Assembly: GCF_041956535.1 (NCBI RefSeq)
Contig: NW_027192206.1
Location: 551,504 to 615,503, forward strand
DNA length: 64,000 nucleotides
Origin: Calcarisporiella thermophila CBS 279.70
Lineage: Eukaryota > Fungi > Calcarisporiellomycota
Reading direction: 5' to 3'
Within the stretch, counting starts at the first letter, position 1. Every line of letters begins with the position of its first letter. Under the pieces are notes generated by a model, which saw nothing but the letters and a program-made list of their open reading frames with translations, had not been told where the DNA came from and searched no databases. Of the stretch, positions 23,690 to 35,962 are shown piece after piece. The translations under genes were made by a program, and so were the position numbers.

Positions 23690-24836
23690 GTTGAGCAGCT
23701 TGCACAGAAGTGCATCGAGATCTCCACAAGATTATATGGACCTAACCACCCACATACAGCCACTGCGTTGAATAATCCAGACATATTCTATGAGGAGCAA
23801 GGCAGGTACAACCGGGCTGAGTCACTCTACCAACAAGCATTAGACATATGGAAGAAGATGACTGGGTGCGACATACATACAGCTCAGTTTTTCAACAATC
23901 TGGCTGTAATCTTTCGTCAACAAGTACGACCAAGCCGAGTCACTCTATCAAAAAGCACTGGACATTTTGAAGAGAAAGTTTGGGCTCGACCACCCCCAAA
24001 CAGCCTCGATTATTGGCAACTTAGCAGAACTCTATCGTCATCACGGTAAATACAACCAAGCCGAGTCTCACTACCAAAGAGCTCTAGAGATTCAAAATAG
24101 GGAGCTTGGGCATTACCACCCAGATACAGCATCTACTTTGAATAATCTTGCTTCACTCTATGCCGAGCTGCATAAGGACGACCGAGCCGAGCCACTCTTT
24201 AAACAATCACTGGAAGTTCGGACGAAAGTGCTCGGAGCCGACCACCCAGATACGGCTGGAACTTTGGACAACCTAGCAATAATCTATCGAGAGCAGAGTA
24301 TGTACGACCAAGCTGAACAATTCCAACTACAATCCTTGGAGATTAGGAGGAGAGTGTTTGGAACTCGCCACCCAGATACGGCCAGATCTTTGAGCAATTT
24401 AGTCGAGCTATACCGGCAACAAGCCAGGTACAGCCAAGTTGAACCACTCTACTTGCAATCACTGGAGATTCGTAAGGAAGCGCTCGGGAAGTGCCGCCCA
24501 AATATAGCCTTAACTTTGAATAATCTAGCCATACTCTATTGTCATCAGCAGAAGCATGGTCAAGCCAAATCCCTTTTTCGACAATCCCTGGACATTAGGG
24601 GTAGGGTCCTTGGACAGGGCCATCCACACACCGCCTCAGCTTTGAGCAATCTCGCTGAGCTTTATTGTCAACAGGGCAAGTACGACTTAGCTGAGCCGCT
24701 GCTCAAACGATCCCTGGGCATAACGAAGAGAGTGCTTGGATCTTATCACCCACTTATAACTTCAACCTTGAATAAGCTTGCAACCCTCTATCGGCAACAG
24801 AGTAAGTATGACAAAGCCAGGTCACCTTTCCGATAA
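23690..24836 (+). pseudogene. TPR-repeat array (42-aa kinesin-light-chain-type repeats), typical of a fungal NLR C-terminus; N-terminus missing, frameshifted
   Basis: About 8 repeats of LG.DHPDTA.TLNNLA.LY..QGKY.QAEPL..QSLEIR..VLG; frameshift near 23925-23940. Confidence 0.8.
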
Positions 24837-27138
24837 TCTCTGTAGATTCTTAAGAGAATATCCGTGCTTTTCTATCCGCATACAAAAAGTCCTATCGACC
24901 TTTTACCCATATTTCATATTACAAGCATTGCCACTTTCGGTAGTTTGAAATAAATCATTAGCCCTATTTACCTTTATAAAATGGGAGTTAAAAATAACCC
25001 AGTCGAAGGGAAGCGAACTCGCTTCCTATTTATTTATATGTACCCATCCGAGAATATATGAGTGATAATAAATGCTTAGGCAGTTAAGCTACAACCCGTT
25101 TATTTCTTGCTCTTCAAGTGGAGAGCAATCTTATTCGCAACCTTCTAAAATCTCGGTTACCAAAATGTTTAAAGATTAAACGCAAACCGCCTTGTTTTCA
25201 TTACTTTTGGAACCCATTCCATAGCAATATACATGGAAGCATCTCAATCAAAGTAATATGTCGTGCTCATAAACTGATAGAAATACTATGTGGTGAAAAG
25301 AACCTTTGATAAACTAGAAAGTGCAAGGAGAAAATACAACAACCTTAGTGAATAGAATATACAATCCTATACCAAAGGATTAAATCCTTATTAATTAATG
25401 ATCCAAGCCAAACAGGGTTCTCGAACATCTTGTTATGGTTGAAGAACACAAGCCAGCCTGCTCCGGAAAACCGGATTACTCTACTATACCAGATTTGATA
25501 ATGTTAAAGTTTATTTATTAACAGAGCTACCGATTCGGACTCGCGGCATACAGTTTGTTAAGGTGGGTCGACCTGGCCCTTTTGATTGATCATGGGAGTA
25601 TTTTTTTTGCCGTGCAGCAAAGAGAGATGCATCATTCCCAGCGTCAGGCCCCATGTAATTAATCCGTGGAGAGTTATCACCGAAATTTTCAAAATATTAA
25701 TCGAGCATTAGCAAACTAGGAACGAACACAAAATATTGGTCCAAGAAAGCGTACCTCCACGGATGATAAATCATGATGCGGCAAGTCCCATTTGTAACTT
25801 TGATCTCTGAAGAGGCAATGGCCTTTGGTCTCTTAGGGAAAACAAAAAAAAAGGAAAATTGGATTTGTCATGGTCGGCAAAAGCACAAATTATGTGTGTG
25901 AAGTTATTCAAAACTTTTCGGTCGCAAATGCATTTTTCCAGGTCTGTGAGATGATGCAGTGTGGCTTTTCGTTCTTGCAATGCATTTAAGCTTTAGCCTT
26001 TTTTGTTTTTTCAATGCACACGCTGGTCTAAACCCTTAACGGCAGGATAGCATACCCGCTCAGGCAGAGCGGCATATGGGGGGCAAAGCAATGGTTTCTT
26101 CTTGTGGGGGCGATATCTTAACAGATTTGCTTTGTTAGCAATTACACCCGAGCAATTGCCAAGGACAACCTAATTTCTTAGGTGTTATTATTAAGCAGGC
26201 GAGGGGTCTTAGAAATCACCTCTCGATCCCCCCCCCTAAATGCAAAATTGGCTTTCAGATCTGGCGGGTGTGGCCGAGGCCTGAACGCCCTAGGCCCAGC
26301 AGAGTGGGCGAGGGGGGGAGGGGGGGAACGTGGTGAGTCACGATACAGGCCACTTGCGGTTGCGATTTGCAATAAATCTTTCCCGCATCTTCTCACGGTC
26401 CCATTTCTCAGGCACCGATCTGCAGACAAGCCGGCCGGCCTTAACACGCCGCAGCCTCTCTTGATCAGAATCGGGCCGTAAATAAAGCGGACATAGCACG
26501 CCCACCATGGGCCTATCGGCTCGACAGAGGGGTTGGGGGAAAACGCACCAACTGCTTGGGCGCCGGAGCTAAATCCAAACCGAGGGAAGAGGAGGGCCGA
26601 CTCTGGTTTTAGGTTGGCGAAGGAGCTTGAAAAAGAAGCTTACATGGGAACTGCCGTGTCCGGGGAAGAGAAGGGAAGGCAGCTCCGTGTTCCCGCACGA
26701 GCATGCAGCACCAACCAAACAGGAGGCCCATTGGCGCTAGTGGCTAACCGCTCTCGCAAAAGCCTCCTTCCTCTCCCAGTGGCCTGGTGGACCGACCCAA
26801 ACCTTATCCGTCGGTAAAGAGGGATTAGCAAAGGCTGCGCGCCAATTGCCGCGCAGGCGCGCCGAACAGAGTTCTCGACCTTAGCACTGGGAGGGTTCAT
26901 ATGAACAAGCGTGACGGAGCCCTCCGCGCTTTTCCCGTGCAGAGAAAACATAAGGGCCCGCTATATAACCTCGCCATAACCCAAGATCGCCGCCAGCTCC
27001 GAATCCTCTTTGTATCCACTTAACCTCTTGCTCCCAAGTCACCAATTATTCCGCTCTCCACCCTCTTCCCCGGACCGTCGATGCTAACCTAATATAAAGC
27101 CCCCGTCAGCGCTCGTTCCCGGTCCCCCCCCAACTTGC

Positions 27139-27920
27139 ATGCTCTCGTCCTCTCTAATGGCTTCCAAGGAAGTGATGGACTTCTTCTCCCTACAGCCGGC
27201 CTTGAAGCACGAGCCCCTCCTCCACACCGACCGCCTCGTCCTTCACCCCTCGCTCTTCCCCTCGGCCGAGTCCCCCCCGCCCACCCCCTCAGACCCCCTG
27301 GCCTACCCGTGCTCGCCCTTCCCCGCGCACTCGCCCCAGCTCTCAGACCTGTTCTCCGCCTCGCCCTCTCCCCCCCCCCTGCCGCCGTCCCCTGTTCCCT
27401 CCCCGCGGCCAACGCGGCCCTCAAAGCACCGCCGCCGCCTCTCTTCCCACGAGACCGCGCTGCTTATGTCTGTCTACGACGTGACACCAAAGCCCAGCGC
27501 CAACCTACGGCAGCGGTTGGCAAAAGAGCTTGGGATGACCCCGCGCAGCGTACAAATCTGGTTCCAAAATAGAAGGGCAAAGCTAAAGAGGGAGGAGCTG
27601 GAATGCGAGCGGTTTGAGCGGGAGAGCGGCAAGAAGCTTTTTTGTAAGTCCCGAGACCGCTCCCACGAGCCTTTTATCCTCTTCTTCCTCGTACTTGCGC
27701 AACTAACCCTGGCCTCCTCTGTTTAGCGACCAGCCCCACCGCGTCCAGCCTCTTCTATATACCAGCCTCCACGGAGGCCGCCTCGATGCTTCCCGAGGCA
27801 AGCGCCAGTTGGCCCTCCTCTTTCTCAAGCACGGCAGCCTCCCCCACTGATTTTAAATTTGAGTTGGCATTGGACGCGCCCATGGTTTCCGGTGGCTTTG
27901 AAGGCACTTTTTCAACTTGA
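27139..27920 (+). CDS. Homeobox transcription factor (2 exons)
   Basis: KHRRRLS..KPSANLRQRLAKELGMTPRSVQIWFQNRRAKLKR. Intron 27644-27726; exon 2 is open to TGA at 27918-27920. Confidence 0.9.
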
Positions 27921-28242
27921 TTGTAGCATCAGCACGCTTTGCATTTTTAATACTCTTGAAAATACCCCCCCCCCCCCTCCCACTATTCCCTTGTAGATAG
28001 CATCTTGCTGGTTATTAAAATATCAAATAAATATCCACTTCAAACAACAAAGATAAAAATATATTAAACATTATGAAGTTTGCACACGGCGCTTTTTTGC
28101 TCTATTGTTTTGGATAGCACTATTTTCAACATGGATCGCAAATAAATAACAACAAATTATAGAAATCAATCAAATCAAATGAGAAAAAGCAGAAGAATTA
28201 ACATGGAGGAAATGAAGCAATGGATCGATGGAGGGTCGCATT

Positions 28243-28542
28243 TCATGAGCTACGTGGCAAATGATCCCGTTAATTTCGATCCGGTAATTTTCCGAATGCA
28301 CGTAAACATGCTTACCTCATGACGACTCTGCCTCGGCCGATCCATCGGCGTGCCCTCTCTCGGTACATTTTGTGTGCTCCTGCCGCGGTTTCTCGTGCCC
28401 AGGCCTCGCCATTGACCAGCGCGGAGCGGCATTGCACGTAGGTGAGCATAAGCAAGTCGGAGACGAGCATGAGAATGGCGGGCGACAGGGTCATTAGGCC
28501 GAGGAAAAAGAAGAAATAGGAGATAAGAGAGGTGATGTCCAT
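28243..28542 (-). CDS. Small (~77 aa) single-pass membrane protein
   Basis: MDITSLISYFFFFLGLMTLSPAILMLVSDLLML hydrophobic stretch with a basic tail. A GTAAGC...CGTAG intron just before TGA; TATTTATA upstream. Confidence 0.5.
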
Positions 28543-29445
28543 GGAGTCTGCTGGGTTGGTTTAGAGAAGTGCTGCGTGGTGGGGAAAAAAAAGAGCGAGA
28601 GGAGAATGGTAATGGATGCCGGAATGAATGGGAAATGAGAATGCTTCTTCGAACAAACTAAGAACGAGCTATAAATACGGCGGATTTTTATTTGGCTTTC
28701 TAATGATTGCTGCATTCTCCTTTCATGTGGCTAAACGGCGTGAAGGCTGGGAACGAATTAGAAATCTTCCGGAAGAATTCTGTTATCCCATTATCAAGGT
28801 TTTATTTCCCTTTACGTTCCTGATAAAACCTACCATTGCAGGGGAGGCGATTTTCCTCACGTAAAAAATCGGAAGACGCAGAGTTACGCTCCAAGACAAG
28901 GAAAGATCAGCCTATCTCCTTAAACAATGAAAGAGAGCAAAAAATAAGCCTCCTCCCCTCTCTATTCACTTTCTTTTCGAGCCCACCATGAGCAAAACCC
29001 CGGAAAACCCCTCATAATGGAGGCGGTCGTACTAGCCAGACACAAAAACGTGACTATCATTGTGCGATTCCTTAGTGTGAAATAGATGGTTTATTCTAAG
29101 AGTTCAACTCTCTGGTGCTCTAAATCGCAACACCCAGAAATCATCCTGTGACTATAAAAATACAATAAGAATAACACGGTCTAAAAAATGACCAAAAAAA
29201 AAAAATCGGTGGCTCCTCATCAATCCAGCGAGGTTACGAATGCTTGTAGTGAGTAGCGAAATATAAACAAGAAGAAAGCATCTGAAATTAGCAGAATTCA
29301 ACTCCGGCCCTTTAGAAGAGTTGGCAAAGGGAGGAGCTGGACTTCGAAGCTGGATTTCTATAGAAGTCATACATTGATAAATAGAGATAGGAAAGGAAAG
29401 AAAGGGTGGGGTCCGGATGATCTAGGGTTGGTGGTATAGCTATAG

Positions 29446-31564
29446 CTACTGCCATATCTAATTTAAAACCATGAAGTGTAGATCAATCTTTCCTGCTCTT
29501 GGCAAATTAAATTAGAAATGAGTATCACCGCACCTTAATAGTTCGATCGGCACATCCGCTGATAAGAAAGTCATCGCCCAACGTCACCGCGTGGACGTAG
29601 CCTGTTCAAAAGGAAAAACGTTTCCATGGTCAGCGGGTGCAATTCACGTCAAAAGGAAGGGGAGAGAGAGAGAGCGCTACCTTTGTGCCCCTTCAATATC
29701 AAGTCACATCTCAACATCCGCGTGTCCCAACGCCTGATAGTGTGATCAAAGCTCCCGGAGAAGAGCTTATATTCTCCCGGCACGCAAACCAGCTGCCACA
29801 CCTCCCACCCATGGCCGTGCAGGGTTGCGGTGGGCCCGTAGGTGCGCACGTCGTAACAGTGAATGGCGGCCTCGTAGGTGGAGCAGAAGAGCTGCCCGTC
29901 CCCGACGGCTACCTCTAGCACTTCCGAAGCATGCGTGCCGATGGTGTGGAGGGGCGTGCCGGTGCGAGCATCCCATATGCGGACGGTCTTGTCGCTGGAG
30001 GCCGTGGCAAGCATGTCATCCACGCAAACCACCCCGTTGATATTGTCCGTGTGCCCGCTGAACGTTTCCAGGCAGCTCAGGGCCGCGGGGTCCCACATCT
30101 TCACGGTTCGATCGCTCGAGGCGCTATACAGCCGTCCGTTCCCAGTGGCAAGGCAATACACCTTTCCGCCGTGGTCGGTCAGGGTCGCCAGATCCTTGAC
30201 CCGTGCCCCCTCCCCACCCTCCCCCCCGTTCTGCTCCCATTCCCAGGCACGGATGTTTCTATCCGATCCTGCGCTAAAGAATCGATCCTGCTCGGGCACG
30301 ACCGTCATCGCCCATACCGACATCGAGTGGCCGTCCACCTGGTGCACAAGTTCGGGCGCTTCCTCACTCACCATGGAGCGACTGCGGAAGATCCGGACCG
30401 ATCCATCATGGGCCCCTGCATAGATAAGTCCCTGGCTATAGGCAAGGGAGGTGACACCACTTGTGTGCTGGGCAATGGTTTGCTTGCAAGAAAGTTCTCC
30501 ATGGGGGAAGCTCTGTTCAAAGTGAGTGTGGGATGAGTCCGTGCATTGTATAGGCAGAACAAATATAGTATACCGATCCGCTGGACTCCTCCTTCCCTTC
30601 TCCCTTGTCCTCATCCTCACTATGTTTCTCAACTTCAATCTAACAATAAAAATGAGGAGATCAGAACCACACAGGACAGAAACACCAGCGATGTTATTGA
30701 CTAGAATGCTGGGAGTAAAGAGGTGAAGAAAAAACGCACCTCATTTCCAAGCGAACGAATCATCTTTCCGGATATGTGATTCAATCGATCAATCTCTAGA
30801 TGTTGCTCCTGTTTGGAGTGGTATAGCAAAGAGGTTAGCTATTGCCACGTGCACTGCGAAAGCCAAGTCTCGGCCAGAATAAATTCACGGGCCCTCACCT
30901 CGACGATCTTCTCCAGCTTCATGATACGCTCCTCGAAGCCCTCGAATTTTCGCTTCACTCGTTCGAATGTGCACCCGTTCTTACCCTGGTGGACGCTCAT
31001 CTCCTTCCGCAGCCCCTTGAAGTCGCAGCCGTATCCTGCAAAGGGACACTCGGTGGGTGCAAAGTCACAGACACCGGTATGGTGCTTCATTTCGTCGAGC
31101 TTCAGGGTAGAAGTGCAGCCCGATTTTTTAAACGGGCAGTACACCTCAAGCTCTTGGATCACCGCCGCAAGGGCTAGATTCGGATGGAGATCTATCGGGA
31201 TGCATCGGGAAGGTGCTGAGTGAAGGGGGTAATGGATCAATGACATCGGCCCATGGTACTTACCCGCTACATTGATGCGGGCTCTGCACAGCGGACAAAA
31301 ATTCTCTACTTCCACCGCTTGAAAGATGCAGTTGGCACAGTAGGAGTGGCTGCAGCCCTGGGTTATAAGAGGATCTTTGAGGAGATCGTGGCACCTAGAT
31401 GCAGGGAACGCGCCGTTGGGGCAGAATTAGCATCTCTGTTTTTTTTTTCAGTTCGATGCAATGAACACTCACACAGGGCAGTAGAGAGAATGAGGCGGAG
31501 GGTAGACGAACTCATACTCTTGCTCTTCAGGTAATTCGGCCATTCCCGCGGCAGGGGTATTCAT
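29446..31564 (-). CDS. RING finger, TRAF-type zinc finger, coiled coil and WD40 protein (TRAF7-like E3 ligase)
   Basis: YEFVYPPPHSLYCPV|CHDLLKDP...CSHSYCANC...CPLCR RING; VYCPFKKSGC..H..VCDFAPTECP..GC zinc finger; about 7 WD40 repeats (SASSDRTVKMWD, SGSFDHTIRRWD), ending in an IWQ* exon. Confidence 0.85.
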
Positions 31565-32050
31565 CGAGTCGGGTAGATGAACCCAAGGGGTTACTAAGAA
31601 AATGAAAAATCTCGAGCTCGGTGATCTGGGGGCAGTCACAGGCGTTTCTATCGAATTGATTTCATGGACAATGCCGGTCCAGCCAATGGAGCAGAATCAA
31701 GGTCAGAGGTGAAATGATATGAACCGTTGCAAAGCATGTATATATTATTGGATAAAACGAATAGTCCCATTAGAATGGATAGAGAAAAAGCAAGCGTCGG
31801 GATAGAGATAGACTAATATACATCAAGAAAAAAAAAGCATCTTAGTAGGGTTAGAACTTCCAACATCAATCAAAAGAATGGAATGGAGACCTAGTAAAAT
31901 GGAGAGAGAAAAAGGAGAGGAAAGGGGTTGAAAAAAAAGTCCAAATATGATACAAAAAAGATATAGGGAGGAGAAATTGTAATAAATATATATATAGAAG
32001 AAAAAAAAAAAAGACTATTCACAATAGAGATAGGGCAAGAAATGCATGGG

Positions 32051-35000
32051 CTATTTTTGATTCTCCATCCAGTAGATTCTTTTGACGTCGGCCATCTCCT
32101 CTTCCACCATGGCCACTACCTCACGCATCTGGACCTCGGCCTCTCTGACGAGGCGCGTGAGCCCCACCACCTGCTCCTCAATGCCGAGCAACCGCGCCTC
32201 TTCTCGCGTTGGCACCGGCTTGGCAGACATCGAAGAGGTGTAGTGAGGAACGCTGGGCGCGGCACGCGAATTGAGCCGTTGGGAGAGATCCCGAAGCTGC
32301 CAAAAGACGAGCAGGTCGGCCACGACCATGAAGATCAGTGCGATCCAAACGAAGGCTTGAGCGTAATGGCGCATATGAATCACCACGGCCCATGCCTGTT
32401 TCACAGCGCACCCCACCCGATACACGAGCGAGTGCTCCACATTGGGCTGGCGACGGCTCTCCAGGTTCGCGGTGGCCGATTTCTCGGCTCGATCGCCAGT
32501 TCGTTTGGGCTTCCTGCCCTTCTGGCGTTTCTTCTCTCCCTCCTTCCGACTCGGCCGCCTGCTTTTGTCCTTCAGGGCGGCGCCCTCAAACTCTGACGGG
32601 TGCTGCCGGATATACTCGTGCATTTTCTTCGCCAGATTTTCATAGTAGGTCTTTTGCCCATCGGCTGTGCCTCGCTCGATGGCCCCCTTCAGCCAGGAGC
32701 TCTTCGTGAACTCCACTGCGGTGGTCACGATCACACGCGACTGTCCACTCCCGGCCCACATGATGCAGGTGCGCGTCTTGGTGACGAACGCGTTGCCGGA
32801 GGGAACATCTGGGGTAGTGGCCGTGGATAACACCGTCACCGCTTGGTTGAAATCCTTGGTAACTACCTCGTCCGTCACAAAGCACCGCGTGCCACGCGGC
32901 CCGATCGGATTGCTTAACTGCTTGTAATGCGAGACCTTTCGTGTCTCGGTCCCGTTTACCACCTGCCATTCACCAAACTCGACCTCTAAAACGGACGAAA
33001 CGTGTAAAATGATCAGTTAAAAAAATTCAGGACTATGAAAATCCACGTTTGCTGTTGCAAGCATCAGTCCACTCGACTACTCACCTTTGCTCTTCTCCTC
33101 ATTGATAAAAATGTTTTTCACAAATGGCCCCACAAACAACAAACGCCAGGCCTCCTCTACGCTCACAGGGAACACCTCATCCAATACCTTGTTTGTGTAG
33201 TGGGCATTATTATTCTCACACTGGCACACGGTCGGCCTACGCTGCTTTGGGGGGGTCGCTGTCTCGAAGGACGTGGCCTTTTCTACGGGCATCGTCAATG
33301 CACGCCCAGTAAGACGCTCACTCTCCTCTGATTTGCCTTCGGAGGGAGCAGACGTGTTCGAAATAGATGGAGGATGATTGCTCGCTTTCTCCAGGATATT
33401 ACCGCTGAAGGGCGGTTGCCTCGCCGAGGCTATTTCGCGCAAAAATGGCCGAGTTGCGTCCGATTGTGAGCGCCGGCGATTCCCTGCCAGGTTGCTGTTG
33501 CCTCCGGTACCCGAGTCGCCCTCCGCAGGTGCACGGCCACCTGTATCGGAAATGGAACGGTGTCGCCCCGCCTTTTCCGCTTTTAGGTGGTCGTCTTGCT
33601 CTTGAACTTGCTCCTGGTCCAGGCCCTGGTCCAGACGATCTTGGAAGCCTTGGGGATATGCGTTGAGGACGGTTGCAGCCACTAGGCTCCCCACGGGGGA
33701 GTTACGTCTTGCCCCTGTGCTTGCAGGCTTAAGCCCTACGCAGAACAAAAACATAAGAAAAGGGATGAATATGGTGGATACTGAGTGCACTTCAGCGGGA
33801 GGGGTGGCATTACCTGAGAAAACCTTGAAGAGAGAAGAGTCATTCGACAGGGCCTGCTTCGTCCATTTCTTGAAGTTGCTCTCGGAGCCCAGACTATCCT
33901 CATCCGAACCCGAAGTAGTGACCCCTGCACCCCCAGAAGAGCCGCCACATACCGTCATATCGTTGGAAGATTGGAAACACTCTCCACTAGCGGTGCGCGA
34001 AAGCACGTTTGGAAGGCTACGACGCCGTTGAAAATTGATGCGTGGGGTTGGATTTTCTAATTGCTCTGCGTGTGCTTCACCATCCTCATTCCAGTCGTCG
34101 GATGGATCTTCCTCCTCGTCTTCCTCGTCCTCGTCCTCCTCTTCTTCATCATCACTGCAATACGATTCCTGATCCTCCGAGAGCTCTTCGTCATAGCTTT
34201 CATCTTCTTCATCGCTATATTCCCTTCTCGATTTGCGCGAACGATTGTGCCGATCCTGGTGATGGTGACCAAGCTCTATATCCGAAGTGTTTTGTACTGC
34301 ACTCAGCACGCGCGCCATTACATGCGGCTGCGAAGCACGCCACACAGTAACCATGCAGTTGTAGGCCGAGTCTCGTGAGAGAAACGAGGCGAAAGTGTAC
34401 TATCCATTGCACGTCAATATGAAACCCCCAATCAGTAAAAAAGAGTTAAGAATGCGCGGGCTTACCTTTTTATGAAAGGTGGAAATTTGGATGGCGTTAG
34501 GGATGACTAGAGCAGTCATCTTCTTCTCTATATTGACAATGTCTTGCAGACCAATGACCAGCTTTGTCATGATGAGAAATCAAACCCATTAGATAATGTC
34601 TCGAGCCGATCTTAAAGCATTTCAAACAATGCTTACCGTGGTGACCCATCCAAATATGTTTGCATTGAAGCATATATGCCCTTCAGAAATGAATAACCGG
34701 CCCTGGACGAGAATCTCCTTTTGCAAAGCGCATGAATACTCTGCAGAAGAGGGAGAAATCAGCTGTGAAAAGAAAGGGGGAAGAGCAGCTCGCAAGTAAT
34801 TTACCATCCACCAGTCTGTCTTCCTCAGGGACACTTCGGAACATGACATGGAACTCGTCGTTTCTCTGCTCGCTTGCCATCTTTAATCCAGCCGCTCCCA
34901 CCGAACTCCCAAAGCTTCCCGAGTAGCTCTGGGATTCGCTGCGCTCACTTCCGGACTCGTGCCCATTTTCTACCGGGCGACGTTCTCTCCGCTTTGCTTT

Positions 35001-35462
35001 GCTGGAGACCGACGAGTTGAGATCGGCGGAGGGGGCCGAGGTGGTCGTCACACTGGCCGTGGAGAGTTGGGAAGTCGGGGCCCCAGTCTGTGAGGAGACT
35101 AGCGAGTTAGAGGGAGATGATGATGACAACGGGAGAGACTGGCTGGGGCGGGTTGAGAGGGGAGTGGGGGCTTCGACGGTGAGGGCAGGGGTATCGAGGG
35201 ATGAGGTATTGATGTTGAAGGTTGCTGCTCTCATTTTCGAAGACGCTCCTTGTTCTTTCGGTCTAGATGGAGAAACAAAAAAGGGAAAAGGAGGCGGGTG
35301 AATATTTACATAAAAAAGCGATCAGAATGGGTAGAAACAAGGAGTAGATGATTTGGAAGAGGCCGGCACAGCAGTTAAAAAAGAGGCTCTCCGTGTGGGC
35401 GAAAAGTCAAAAAAATGGAAAAATGGCTAAGTACCCGCCTACCTTTTAAAAAACAACGGCAT
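32051..35462 (-). CDS. GRAM plus VASt (StART-like) domain sterol transfer protein, LAM/Ysp2/GRAMD1 family
   Basis: RNDEFHVMFRSVPEEDRLV..YSCALQKEILVQGRLFISEGHICFNANIFGW (GRAM); TPDVPSGNAFVTKTRTCI..EFTKSSWLKGAIE (VASt); C-terminal TM helix and coiled coil. First exon MPLFFKR from 35462. Confidence 0.88.
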
Positions 35463-35962
35463 TCTGAAACACAGTCTCAAATCTATCTACGACTTGGGGG
35501 TGATCGGGCTCTTTCATTGGTCGCCCAGAGGCAATTGCCCATGTGCACAAAGCCGCTCTAGGCCGAATGGAAATCCCGATTTGAGAAACTAAGGAGCGGA
35601 GGGGAATAAGAAAGGGGGAGGGGGCGCTCTTATAGTCCTCGGATCCAAGACAAATTCAATTAGGCGATGGGCCCGTCGCTTTATAAGCAATTTTAACCGA
35701 GGAGAGGGGCTCCACTTTTCATACAAGCTTATGAATGAATTCAGGAGAAAATGCAAAGAAGCAAGGACAAGAGATTTTTCCATAAGCAAAGCGGTTCATG
35801 TTGGTTTCTGTGAGTAGATTTTTCCATTGAAAGACCAAGTCGGCGGGGTATTATTTTCCTGGGTCTTACAAGCTGACCCCTTCCGAACACACCAATCCCT
35901 AAGAGCTCAGCCCGATGCATCCTCGGGCTGACTTTCACCGTTGAACTCCCTCGCTCTCTCGC

